57,757 nucleotides of DNA from Bacilli bacterium (GTDB lineage: Bacteria; Bacillota_I; Bacilli_A; RFN20; CAG-826): positions 1-57,757 of the forward strand of contig JAFXWB010000052.1 of NCBI GenBank assembly GCA_017534425.1, read 5' to 3'. This document shows, piece after piece, positions 46,152 through 55,941 of the stretch. How positions within the stretch are numbered: the first letter of the stretch is position 1; each line of letters opens with the position of its first letter. A model generated the notes under the pieces. The model saw nothing but the letters and a program-made list of their open reading frames with translations, did no database searches and had not been told where the DNA came from. The position numbers and the translations under genes are program-made.

Positions 46152-49100
46152 ATGATAAATAAGAAAATTTTATTCGGAATCCTTACATCTTCAGCTTTAA
46201 CGCTTGGTATTTTCGTGCCTTCCTTCTTTAAGAAGGTCAATGTCGAAGATCCAGGTGATGATCCAATTGTTTATAACAAGGATTCTTCAGTAGTTAAATT
46301 TGAAGAACCTCATTTAAGAGGCACATCAAGAGCTGTTGCTGAAGAAGATGAAGAAGATGAATCCATTGGCCCAGTCTCTACAGTCAAACTTCACTATGTG
46401 AATGATGACAATAAGTGTGCTTCAAGAGCATTCTATATTTGGGCAAATGGTATTGATGGTGTTGAGTATAGTGATGAACATAATGGAACAGATATTGTTG
46501 AATATGCTGCTGACGGTTCATCTATGACTTTAACAATTAACATTAACAAATCTAATCCTGATCCAAGATTTAAAGAATTTGTTGGTCTTCCATCAATTTT
46601 CTACATTATTAAATACAAAATGATTAGTGAATCTAATCTTAACTGGGGCGGACAATCTGATGACGTTGAACTCGTCTTTGCAGAATTCCCACCAGTCAAT
46701 GAAGTTGTTGAAGTTTGGTCAACTCCTGCCGCTGGCGGTGGTATGGCTCAATTCGCAACTGAAGAAGAAACTAAAGTTGACGGTATTAAACTTGCAAAAT
46801 TCTCGGACTGGAGAACAATTCGTTGTACCGCAACTGAAGGCACCAAGACTGTTAAGTGGGATTTATATGCCTTTGACGAAAACTATTACAGAATCAAACT
46901 TAAAAAACGTGAAGCTATTAAGAAAAACTTCCTTGTTTTAAGTGGCACAAATAAACTCACTGATACCAATAAGGAATTTAATATTGAATTCCCATATACA
47001 GCCAAAATTAATATGGTATATTCTTTAGTTTCTAAAGAAGTTAGCTCAACAAGCGATTTAGCAAAGACTGTATTCGTTGGTTGTGATGCCTTATATGATA
47101 CTGCCAAGTTCAATAAATATTATTGCTATGATGGCGATGATTTAGGTATGACATATACCAAAGACTTTACTACTTTCAAAGTTTGGTCACCAGTTTCTGC
47201 AAATATGACTCTTCTTATCTATGATAAGGATAATGATACACCTGTTGTTTATGGTGGTAAGTCAGATTCATATAATAGAGGCTGGCATATGTCCTATAAC
47301 GAAGGTGGTATTTGGGAACTTACTGTCCTTGGTGATTTAAAAGGATATTATTACAATTTCCAAGTTGATAATTTAAATGGTACAACCACAACTGTTGACC
47401 CATATGTTACTGCAGTTGGATGTTCTGGTGTTAGAGGTCTTGTTTATGATAAGAAAGACACTAATCCAGAAGGTTGGGACGATTTACCATTAGAATGGGA
47501 CGGAAAACCTGGTTACGATATTAAATCACCACAAGAATTAGCAATTTACGAAGTACATGTTCGTGATTTTACTGGTGATTCTAGTTGGGTCAGCAATAAC
47601 AACATCAAAAATGGGACATATAAAGCAATGGTTGAACCTGGAACAAGACTTCCAGATCATCCAACTGTTACAACTGGATATGATCATTTAAATGAACTTG
47701 GCGTTAACGCAGTTCAATTAATGCCAATCTTTGATGCTGATAATGATGAATCTCCACGTGGTATTAATAAATACAACTGGGGTTACAATCCTCAAAACTA
47801 TAATGCTGTTGAAGGTTCATATAGTTCAGATCCTCATGATGGCTTAGCAAGAATTAGAGAACTTAAAGAATTAGTTCTTGGAATGTCAAAAACTGATGCA
47901 CATACTCGTGTAACAATGGACGTTGTTTATAACCACGTATCATCAGTCTCATCCAATCCATTTAATAAGTTAATGCCACGTTATTACTTTAGATATGATG
48001 AAAACGGCGAACTTTATGATGGCTCTGGTTGTCATAACGAGGTTAAATCTGAAGCTAAGATGTGTTCTAAGTTCATTGTAGACTCAGTTTATATGTGGGC
48101 AAAAGAATATAAGATTAAAGGTTTCCGTTTTGACTTAATGGGACTTCTTGATTATAAAACCATGAATGCTGTTAAAGAGAAGCTATCAACCTTAGACAAA
48201 GACATTTATGTCTATGGTGAAGGTTGGACCTCTGTTGCTGGCTACAACGGTAGCTGGAATGGTACTGGTAGTACTTCAACATATCAGGTTTATAAATACT
48301 GTAATAACTTTGACCCTGAAACTGGTGTTGATGATACAGATAAATGTTATTTAGGCTGTTTCAATGATACCGGAAGAAATGGCGTTAAAGGTGAAAATGG
48401 TGCTTGGGGCACTGAAGAAGTTTATCCACAAACTGGATTTATGCAAAAGAGTGGATCTGAATTTAATGATGAACCAAATCGTGTTGCTGATATGGTTTGG
48501 GGTATCCATAGAAATCAATCTAACTATGCAAAACAAACCGTTAACTATATTTCCTGTCACGATAACTGGACAATAGTTGACCATTTCTATCAAACAATGC
48601 ACGAGCACACTGATAATCATCACGCTGCTGGTATTGTTGATATTATTCATGCATCCTTAGCATCTCACGCATTAGTATTTGCTTCTAATGGTGTTGCATT
48701 CATGTTAGGCGGAGAAGAAATCTTTAGAACAAAAGAAGTCAGTCAATCTATGATTGATAATAAAGATGTTTTACCTGCTACATACACAAAACTTTATGAT
48801 CGTTATGTTTCTCATAACTCATATAACTCTCCAATTGAAGTTAACTCATTTAAGTGGGGTAACAAAGTTTCTGTTACATTAGGTGGACAAACTGCTGTTG
48901 ATAATGACGGAACAGAAAATTCTCTCCACTATAATGATGCTTGGAAGAGCTTAGTGAGAATTCATAAAGATTCAAATATCCACTTTGATGCTCCATCAAG
49001 AAAAGGCGAGATTTGGCCAAGCGGAACAACAAGCGCTGGAAGTAGCTATGTCAATCTTTGTTGGACAAACGGTTCTGCCTTAGGCATTCAATTAGATGAA

Positions 49101-49259
49101 ATGTTCATTTATGTTGCTGGTAGACATGGTGGAAGCTTAGGATATGACTTTAACGTTGAAGATCACAAACTATTTAGTTATGGTGCATCAGCTAATGCTG
49201 GAACCATTAATTTTAGAAGTGAAGGCTTTGGCGTATTTGTCACAAGGAGGACAGCATAA
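46152..49259 (+). CDS. pulA: Type I pullulanase (GH13) with an N-terminal signal/anchor, CBM41-like and CBM48 domains
   Basis: TTFKVWSP, IYEVHVRDF, YNWGYNP, MDVVYNH, GFRFDLMG, YGEGW, NYISCHDN. Confidence 0.92.
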   Translation: MINKKILFGILTSSALTLGIFVPSFFKKVNVEDPGDDPIVYNKDSSVVKFEEPHLRGTSRAVAEEDEEDESIGPVSTVKLHYVNDDNKCASRAFYIWANGIDGVEYSDEHNGTDIVEYAADGSSMTLTININKSNPDPRFKEFVGLPSIFYIIKYKMISESNLNWGGQSDDVELVFAEFPPVNEVVEVWSTPAAGGGMAQFATEEETKVDGIKLAKFSDWRTIRCTATEGTKTVKWDLYAFDENYYRIKLKKREAIKKNFLVLSGTNKLTDTNKEFNIEFPYTAKINMVYSLVSKEVSSTSDLAKTVFVGCDALYDTAKFNKYYCYDGDDLGMTYTKDFTTFKVWSPVSANMTLLIYDKDNDTPVVYGGKSDSYNRGWHMSYNEGGIWELTVLGDLKGYYYNFQVDNLNGTTTTVDPYVTAVGCSGVRGLVYDKKDTNPEGWDDLPLEWDGKPGYDIKSPQELAIYEVHVRDFTGDSSWVSNNNIKNGTYKAMVEPGTRLPDHPTVTTGYDHLNELGVNAVQLMPIFDADNDESPRGINKYNWGYNPQNYNAVEGSYSSDPHDGLARIRELKELVLGMSKTDAHTRVTMDVVYNHVSSVSSNPFNKLMPRYYFRYDENGELYDGSGCHNEVKSEAKMCSKFIVDSVYMWAKEYKIKGFRFDLMGLLDYKTMNAVKEKLSTLDKDIYVYGEGWTSVAGYNGSWNGTGSTSTYQVYKYCNNFDPETGVDDTDKCYLGCFNDTGRNGVKGENGAWGTEEVYPQTGFMQKSGSEFNDEPNRVADMVWGIHRNQSNYAKQTVNYISCHDNWTIVDHFYQTMHEHTDNHHAAGIVDIIHASLASHALVFASNGVAFMLGGEEIFRTKEVSQSMIDNKDVLPATYTKLYDRYVSHNSYNSPIEVNSFKWGNKVSVTLGGQTAVDNDGTENSLHYNDAWKSLVRIHKDSNIHFDAPSRKGEIWPSGTTSAGSSYVNLCWTNGSALGIQLDEMFIYVAGRHGGSLGYDFNVEDHKLFSYGASANAGTINFRSEGFGVFVTRRTA

Positions 49260-49840
49260 TGAAAATTAGAAATTTAGCATTAGCGGTCTTGGCAGTCTCT
49301 TTACTTGGTGGCTGTGCAAAAGAAGAAGTATATACTCCTACAAAAGGTGGTATTGTTGATACTTTGCACAACGAAATTCACGTTCCAAGTTTAGAAGACT
49401 TACAAAAAGGTGGTTTCGATAAAGAAAAAGACGTTTCTAAAATCTACATTACCGATGATGATGGTTTTAAATACATCTATGATGTAGAAACAGAACAATA
49501 TGTTTTAGCACAAGAAACTGATACAACAATTAATTTCTACTTTGATGCAAATCAGACAACAAGAATTGTTGGTGATGAACAAATCGATGCTCCAATCTAC
49601 GTTGCAGAGTGGTTCATGATTAAACCATTAGGTGCTTGCCCAGAAGAAGTAAATACAGAAGCAAAGGTATTAGAAATCGGTAGAATGTTCGGATTTGAGC
49701 CAAAACAAGGTTTTGATCATTTCGTTGGCTTCTCAATGTATTCTTCATGTTTAGGCGATGAAGAACACCTTTGGAATTTCGAAAAAGACTTTAAACAACA
49801 AGCAGTTACCAATTTATATGGTATCTGGGTTGATGAATAA
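49259..49840 (+). CDS. Small lipoprotein with a degenerate InlB B-repeat (Flg_new)-like domain
   Basis: Lipobox LGGC; C-terminal FVGFS...LWNFEKD...TNLYGIW. Confidence 0.6.
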   Translation: MKIRNLALAVLAVSLLGGCAKEEVYTPTKGGIVDTLHNEIHVPSLEDLQKGGFDKEKDVSKIYITDDDGFKYIYDVETEQYVLAQETDTTINFYFDANQTTRIVGDEQIDAPIYVAEWFMIKPLGACPEEVNTEAKVLEIGRMFGFEPKQGFDHFVGFSMYSSCLGDEEHLWNFEKDFKQQAVTNLYGIWVDE

Positions 49841-49857
49841 GGAGGTGATAATTATTT

Positions 49858-51138
49858 ATGAATAAAACTAAATATTTATTACTTGCATCTTCATTATTAG
49901 GTATGGTTGCTATATCTGGATGTAAATTTGAATTTAGATATTCAACAACTCCGTACCCGTTTGATGATGTTCTTCCAGACGATGATGACGATGGTGGAAG
50001 TTACGAAGTAAAAGTTTGGTGCGATACATCAATTCTTACTTTAACTAAAACCCAATTAGCATCATTTGAAGCTGTTAATAATGGTAAATATAAACTCACT
50101 TTCAACGTTGAACCAATGTCCGAAGGTGAAGCAGCTTCAAAAATGATTCAAGACGTTCAACTTGGCGCGGATGTTTTCTGTTTCGCTCAAGACCAATTAG
50201 CATCCTTAAAGATTGCTGGCGCTCTTGGTGATATTACCGGAAACATGGCCTTAGGCGTTAAATCTGATAATCCAAAAGGCGCTGTTAATGCTGCAACTTA
50301 TGGCGATACTCTCTGCGCATTCCCGATGACAAGCGACAATGGTTATTACATGTATTACGATAAACAAATTTTATCTGATACTGATGTAAAAGATATGTCG
50401 ACTGTTATTCAAAAAGTTAAAGCAGTTAATAAACGTATTAATTATCCTGTTTTCTCGAACGCTTTCTATTCAGCAAGTTACTTCATGGCTACAGGTTGTT
50501 ACTCTAAATGGACAGTCAATCCAAAAACAGGAAACTTTGTGTCTTACGAAGATAACTATAAAGAAAAGGGACTTAAAGCATTGAAAGCTTTAAGAGAATT
50601 AAAGGCAGCCGATTTAGTTGCACCAAACGATCAAACAAATAAGCTTGGTGATACTGCTGCGGTTGCTATTTCAGGTATTTGGAATTATAAAGCCGCTGAA
50701 AAGGCATTAGGAAATAACTTAGGTTGTTGTGAAATGCCTTCATTTACAGTAGATGGTGAAACATTCCATATCTCTTCATTCTCAGGTTATAAACTTATAG
50801 GAGTTAAACCTCAAACAGATGGTAAAAAAGCTTCCGTTTGTAGAAAAATTGCTCGTTATCTTACAAATCAAGAGTGCCAACTTCAAAGATTCAACGAAGT
50901 TGGATGGGGTCCAAGTAACTTACTCGCATCTCAAGATGAAAAAGTTTTAGCTCAACCTGGACTTAAAGCTCTTGCGGAACAATTACCATATTCTCAAGAG
51001 CAAGGACTTATGCCTTCATCATGGTGGTCAAACTGTGCAACACTTGCATCTTCAGTTAAAGGAGATTCTAGTGACGCTCAACTTGAAGAAGCGTTAAGCA
51101 TTTATACTTCTAACCTTGATGAACTATTAGGCGATTAG
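49858..51138 (+). CDS. Maltose/maltodextrin ABC transporter solute-binding lipoprotein
   Basis: Lipobox ISGC; ADVFCFAQDQL, AFPMTSDNGYYMYYDK, ISGIWN, FSGYKLIGV; gene context. Confidence 0.88.
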   Translation: MNKTKYLLLASSLLGMVAISGCKFEFRYSTTPYPFDDVLPDDDDDGGSYEVKVWCDTSILTLTKTQLASFEAVNNGKYKLTFNVEPMSEGEAASKMIQDVQLGADVFCFAQDQLASLKIAGALGDITGNMALGVKSDNPKGAVNAATYGDTLCAFPMTSDNGYYMYYDKQILSDTDVKDMSTVIQKVKAVNKRINYPVFSNAFYSASYFMATGCYSKWTVNPKTGNFVSYEDNYKEKGLKALKALRELKAADLVAPNDQTNKLGDTAAVAISGIWNYKAAEKALGNNLGCCEMPSFTVDGETFHISSFSGYKLIGVKPQTDGKKASVCRKIARYLTNQECQLQRFNEVGWGPSNLLASQDEKVLAQPGLKALAEQLPYSQEQGLMPSSWWSNCATLASSVKGDSSDAQLEEALSIYTSNLDELLGD

Positions 51139-51155
51139 GAAAGGAGGGAAATAAA

Positions 51156-52655
51156 ATGACAGAAATTACTGGTTTAGATTATCTAAAGCTAACTAAATGG
51201 CAGCGCTTTGTATATAATCTCAAACACTTCTTATTTAAGATTCCTCTATTCTTTAAGAACTTAGGTATTAAGATTTACAAATTAATTATTAATTTGGGCA
51301 AAGGAATTTATAATTACTTTAAGACCTTAATCTTAACCTTTATTCATGGCGATTGGAAAACAAAAGTCTCATTCTTAATTATGGGCTTTGGCTCCTTCGC
51401 TAGAAAACAAATTTTAAGAGGTATTCTTTTTCTTGGATTTGAAATCGCATTTATCCTTTACATGATTTTCTATGGTGGCTATTACCTTGGAAAATTAAAT
51501 TCACTGGGTTATTACTATGAAGCAACTCAAACCATTGATGGCGTTGTTGTTTATGGTGTTAACTCATTTGATGTCCTCTTGTTTGGTATTATGTCGATTT
51601 TCTTCATCCTTGCCTTCCTTTGGACATGGAATTTGAACATTAAACAAAATCGTATTAATGAACAAATTGAAAAGGATAATAGACATATCGCAACTACTAA
51701 AGATGATTTAAGAGCAATAGTTGATAAAGAATTCCATAAGACACTTCTTTCCTTACCAACACTCGGTATTATTGTCTTTACATTGCTTCCAATCTTCTTC
51801 ATGATTTTGGTTGCATTTACAAGTTACGATAAGAATAATATGCCTCCAAATAATTTATTTGGATGGGTAGGCACAGATAACTTTAAACAGTTATTTATGT
51901 GGTCCGCTGGATCAAATAACTTCTCATCCACATTTGGAGCCATCTTAATTTGGACACTTATTTGGGCATTCTTTGCAACATTCTCCAACTATTTCATTGG
52001 TATGATGATTGCAATGCTTATTAACAAGAAAGGTATTAAGCTTAAAAAGCTTTGGAGAACAGTCTTAGTTTTATCTATTGCTATTCCACAATTCATTAGC
52101 CTTCTTTATGTTGGTCAAATGTTCCAGCCAGATGGAATTATTAACAATTTCATCACTAATTTAGGTGGAAAAGCGATTGACTTCTGGGGCAATCCAACAA
52201 TTGCACGTATTACCGTTATTGTTATTAACATTTGGATTGGCATTCCTTACGTAATGCTTATTACGACAGGTATTTTGATGAATATTCCTGCCGACTTATA
52301 TGAATCCGCTAATATCGACGGTGCAAGTCCATGGCAACAATATTCAAAGATTACTCTTCCATATATGTTATTCGTTACAGGCCCATACTTATTAACTTCG
52401 TTCACCGGAAACATGAATAACTTTAATGTTATTTACTTGTTAACTGGTGGTGGACCAAAGAATAACCAATTAGCAGCATCTGCTAATGGTGATACCGACT
52501 TACTTATTACTTGGTTATTTAACTTGGCAATTTCTAATCAAGATTATAAATTGGCTGCTGTTATAGGTATTATGGTATTTATCGTTGTAGCACTTATTTC
52601 ACTTATTGTTTACAACCTTATTCCATCCACACGTAATGAGGAGGAATTCCAATAA
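51156..52655 (+). CDS. Maltodextrin ABC permease (MalF/MdxF-like)
   Basis: Multiple TM helices; WIGIPY...IPADLYESANIDGA EAA loop; NMNNFNVIYLLT. Confidence 0.92.
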   Translation: MTEITGLDYLKLTKWQRFVYNLKHFLFKIPLFFKNLGIKIYKLIINLGKGIYNYFKTLILTFIHGDWKTKVSFLIMGFGSFARKQILRGILFLGFEIAFILYMIFYGGYYLGKLNSLGYYYEATQTIDGVVVYGVNSFDVLLFGIMSIFFILAFLWTWNLNIKQNRINEQIEKDNRHIATTKDDLRAIVDKEFHKTLLSLPTLGIIVFTLLPIFFMILVAFTSYDKNNMPPNNLFGWVGTDNFKQLFMWSAGSNNFSSTFGAILIWTLIWAFFATFSNYFIGMMIAMLINKKGIKLKKLWRTVLVLSIAIPQFISLLYVGQMFQPDGIINNFITNLGGKAIDFWGNPTIARITVIVINIWIGIPYVMLITTGILMNIPADLYESANIDGASPWQQYSKITLPYMLFVTGPYLLTSFTGNMNNFNVIYLLTGGGPKNNQLAASANGDTDLLITWLFNLAISNQDYKLAAVIGIMVFIVVALISLIVYNLIPSTRNEEEFQ

Positions 52656-52656
52656 T

Positions 52657-53553
52657 ATGAAAAATAAAGAAAAGAAATCGATGGGTATTGCGAAAAGACG
52701 TCGTATTGTAAATACCGCTTCTTACGTTACCTTATCAGTTATTTGTATTGTTTGGGTCCTTCCATTCATCTTCCTACTTCTCCAGTCATTTAGAGTAGAA
52801 AGTTTCGGTCCAACAGGTTATATCTTCCCGAAGAAATGGGGTATTGATAATTATGCATACTTATTTGGCTACGATATGGCCACTAAATCGGCATCAGAGT
52901 CTAACTTCCTACAATGGTACATTAATACGTTTATAATCGCTTTATGTGCCGCTGCAGGACAAACTATTATGCAGATTATGATGGCATATGCCTTATCAAG
53001 ATTCCGTTTCAGACTTCGTAAGCCACTTATGAATGCAATGCTTATCTTAGGTATGTTCCCTGGTTTCTTAACTATGATCGTCTTATATCAAGTTCTTAAA
53101 TCAGTTGGAGTTACCGGTGATAACGCTGTTCCGGGCTTAATCATTGTCTCTATTGCCTCATCAGGTATGGGTTATTACATTGTAAAAGGTTTCTTAGACA
53201 CAATGCCTAAATCACTTGATGAAGCTGCAATGGTTGATGGTGCAACTAGATTCCAAGTCTTCTACAAGGTTATTCTCCCACTTTGTAAGCCAATTGTTAT
53301 TTATACAGTTCTTACATCATTCATGGGACCGTGGGGAGACTTCGTCTTCGCATCTACAATCGCCCTTGGTTCTCAACAAGGTATGAACGTTGCAGCAGGT
53401 CTTTATTCTTGGCTTGACGCAGCGCATATCACAGAATACTTTACAAGGTTCTGTGCTGGTGGTGTTCTTGTCGCCATTCCAGTTATGGTTCTATTCATGT
53501 TCTTACAAAAATACTACGTCGAAGGTGTTACCGGCGGCGCGGTTAAAGGATAA
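52657..53553 (+). CDS. Maltodextrin ABC permease (MalG/MdxG-like)
   Basis: [45 protein letters not shown] before ATG 52657. Confidence 0.92.
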   Translation: MKNKEKKSMGIAKRRRIVNTASYVTLSVICIVWVLPFIFLLLQSFRVESFGPTGYIFPKKWGIDNYAYLFGYDMATKSASESNFLQWYINTFIIALCAAAGQTIMQIMMAYALSRFRFRLRKPLMNAMLILGMFPGFLTMIVLYQVLKSVGVTGDNAVPGLIIVSIASSGMGYYIVKGFLDTMPKSLDEAAMVDGATRFQVFYKVILPLCKPIVIYTVLTSFMGPWGDFVFASTIALGSQQGMNVAAGLYSWLDAAHITEYFTRFCAGGVLVAIPVMVLFMFLQKYYVEGVTGGAVKG

Positions 53554-53570
53554 AAAAGGAGGCTTATATT

Positions 53571-54863
53571 ATGGCTCGTGTACAATTAGAAAATGTAAAG
53601 AAAATTTATTCAGGAAACGTTACTGCTGTTCATGATTTTAATCTTGATATTGCAGACAAAGAGTTTGTCGTTTTCGTCGGTCCTTCCGGATGTGGTAAAT
53701 CAACTACATTGAGAATGGTCGCTGGACTTGAAGACATTAGTGAAGGTATTTGTAAAATTGATGGTGAAGTCGTTAACGATTTACAATCAAAAGATCGTCA
53801 CATTTCAATGGTCTTCCAGAACTACGCTCTTTACCCACATTTAACAGTCTTTGAAAATATGGCCTTCCCACTCCGTCTTGATAAGAAGGAGCACGTTTAT
53901 CCTTGGAGCGAAGAAGAACTTCAAAAGATTAATAAGAAAATTGAAGCTTTAAAAGCAAAAGGCGGACAAGAAGACAAGATCGCTAAACTTGAAGCTTCAA
54001 AAGAAAAAGGTAAAGTTGTTAAAGGTTATTCCCAAGACGAAATTTTCCAAAAAGTTATTGATGCTGCTAGAGTTTTAGGTATTACCCAATACTTAACAAG
54101 AAAACCAAAAGCATTATCAGGTGGTCAACGTCAACGTGTCGCTATCGGACGTGCAATGGTTAAAGATTGTAAGGTCTTCTTAATGGACGAACCACTTTCT
54201 AACCTTGACGCTAAATTACGTAACCAAATGAGAGCAGAAATTATCTTACTCCGTAAGAGAATTAATACTACATTCATTTACGTTACACACGACCAAACAG
54301 AAGCTATGACTTTAGGTGACAGAATCGTTTGTATGAGAGATGGCTATATTATGCAAGTTGGTAGTCCAACCCAATTATTTGATATGCCAGATAACTTATT
54401 TGTCGCTCAATTTATTGGTGCTCCAATGATGAATACATTCCATACCAACTTGGTAGAAAAAGGTGGCAAATATCACGTTGAATTCTTTGGTGCCGAATTC
54501 CCAATTACAGGGGAGAAAGGTGAAATGTTAAAAGAAAAAGGTGTTCAAACACGCTAGATTCTTCTTGGTGTTAGACCAGAACACATTTCTCTTGCAAGTG
54601 AGAAATCAAAAGCATCTATTCCAGTAACTATTCAAGTTAACGAAATGATGGGTAGTGAATATCACTTACACGTTGTGACTAATGACGGCACAAAGATTAT
54701 TGTTAGAATTCCAACTATTAACTTAACCGATGCTGAAAGAGAAAGCTTGGTTGGTGGTAAAGTAATTAATATTACTTTCGAAGCAAAAGCAATGCACTTC
54801 TTTGATCCAAAGACAGAAGTTAATATTCTTGCTTCAGGTAATCCAGTTCCATCAGCTAAATAG
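53571..54863 (+). pseudogene. msmX: MsmX/MalK-family sugar ABC ATPase interrupted by an in-frame TAG at 54555-54557 (nonsense mutation, readthrough or sequence error)
   Basis: [25 protein letters not shown]. After the TAG the same frame continues ILLGVRPEHI...EMMGSE...MHFFD to the stop at 54863 (430 codons if read through). Confidence 0.8.
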
Positions 54864-54871
54864 GAGGGAAT

Positions 54872-55273
54872 ATGAAGAAAGAATTAACTCCTGAACAAAA
54901 AGTAAAGCAAAATAGAATCTATAAGATTGCTTATATTTCAATTGTTGGATTCTGTGGCGCAGCAGCTTTAACTCTTTTTGGTGTTGCTCAATACACAAAA
55001 GCAAAGCTTAATAGTGCTGACATTCAAGTCATGGCTGCTAAAAATGTTTTATCTACTTTAGGAGATGATGCTTTAGAAGATGAATCAAGTATTTATCACG
55101 ATAAAGCTCTTTACTTTAATGATCAATATGAACATTATAGTAAAATCTCTAACAAGCATTTAAAACAATATAATGCCTTATCAATTACCGCTTATTCTCT
55201 TTCCATTTTAACTCTCGTAAGCTTTGGTTTAGTCCTTAAACATAGTGATGCGAGAAAAGAAAAAGAAGATTAG
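54872..55273 (+). CDS. Hypothetical two-TM membrane protein, last gene of the starch operon
   Basis: AGGAGG RBS, two hydrophobic segments, 8-bp gap after msmX. Confidence 0.75.
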   Translation: MKKELTPEQKVKQNRIYKIAYISIVGFCGAAALTLFGVAQYTKAKLNSADIQVMAAKNVLSTLGDDALEDESSIYHDKALYFNDQYEHYSKISNKHLKQYNALSITAYSLSILTLVSFGLVLKHSDARKEKED

Positions 55274-55283
55274 TAATTAACTA

Positions 55284-55325
55284 AAAAGCACCTAGATTTC
55301 GACCTAAAGTATCTTAGGTGCTTTT
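55284..55325 (+). terminator. Operon terminator
   Basis: AAAAGCACCTA...TAGGTGCTTTT inverted repeat. Confidence 0.75.
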
Positions 55326-55383
55326 AATTTATTTAAAAGAATTACTTTTGTAATAATTTATATTTGCGCTAATATAAAATAGT

Positions 55384-55863
55384 ATGAAAACAAAATCAAA
55401 GTACTTTCTTGGCTTAACAATTCTTACATCAGCATTATTTTTATTTTGTTGTTTCAGTATCATTTTTTATGTTTTAAGAATTGACACTGTTCCAGAATCT
55501 CAAAAGGTCGAAAACGGAATGGCTTTTGTTTTTCTTTTCCTTCATTTAATCATTGTTGCTTTTGCTATTTATATGTCTTTAAAAGCATATATTAAAAAGA
55601 GTCAATTACTAGTTGTTGTGATGACAAATGAACATGGTACGAAAAACCCAAAATCCTATCGAAATACCCTAATTTTCTCGATAATTTTTGGTATTTTTGG
55701 TCTTTGGTTTTTCTTAAATTCCTTTGGTATTTTACACGTTATGAAGTTCTTCTCATTGTGCTTAAATTTAGCATTAACAAATGTTGGACTTTTTATATTT
55801 TCTGTTACTTTGTACATGCATTTTTATGAACCGCCAGCCGTGGAAGAAACACCAAAAGAGTAA
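55384..55863 (+). CDS. Hypothetical four-TM membrane protein
   Basis: 159-aa ORF with four hydrophobic segments, lying between two hairpins. Confidence 0.75.
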   Translation: MKTKSKYFLGLTILTSALFLFCCFSIIFYVLRIDTVPESQKVENGMAFVFLFLHLIIVAFAIYMSLKAYIKKSQLLVVVMTNEHGTKNPKSYRNTLIFSIIFGIFGLWFFLNSFGILHVMKFFSLCLNLALTNVGLFIFSVTLYMHFYEPPAVEETPKE

Positions 55864-55941
55864 GCACTTACATATTAAAAGAGGGGTTTAATTATTAATA
55901 ATTACTCCCATTTTTATTTTATAGTGATAAAATGTTTTTAT

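Noticed and set aside
54645-54863. 72-aa ORF as an independent gene
   Set aside because: It is in frame with msmX, encodes its C-terminal TOBE region, and has no SD.
21478-55276. Genome-wide TAG or TGA recoding, suggested by the msmX TAG and by TAG-TAA tandem stops (pheS, ftsA, 54872 gene)
   Set aside because: Only one internal TAG appears in ~50 kb of coding sequence. TAG and TGA end conserved genes at the expected positions (pheS, dnaI, mutS2), and Trp is TGG in the motifs checked.
55284-55325. Long-loop inverted repeat as an IS end or MITE
   Set aside because: Single copy in the window, no transposase or target duplication; its position fits an operon terminator.
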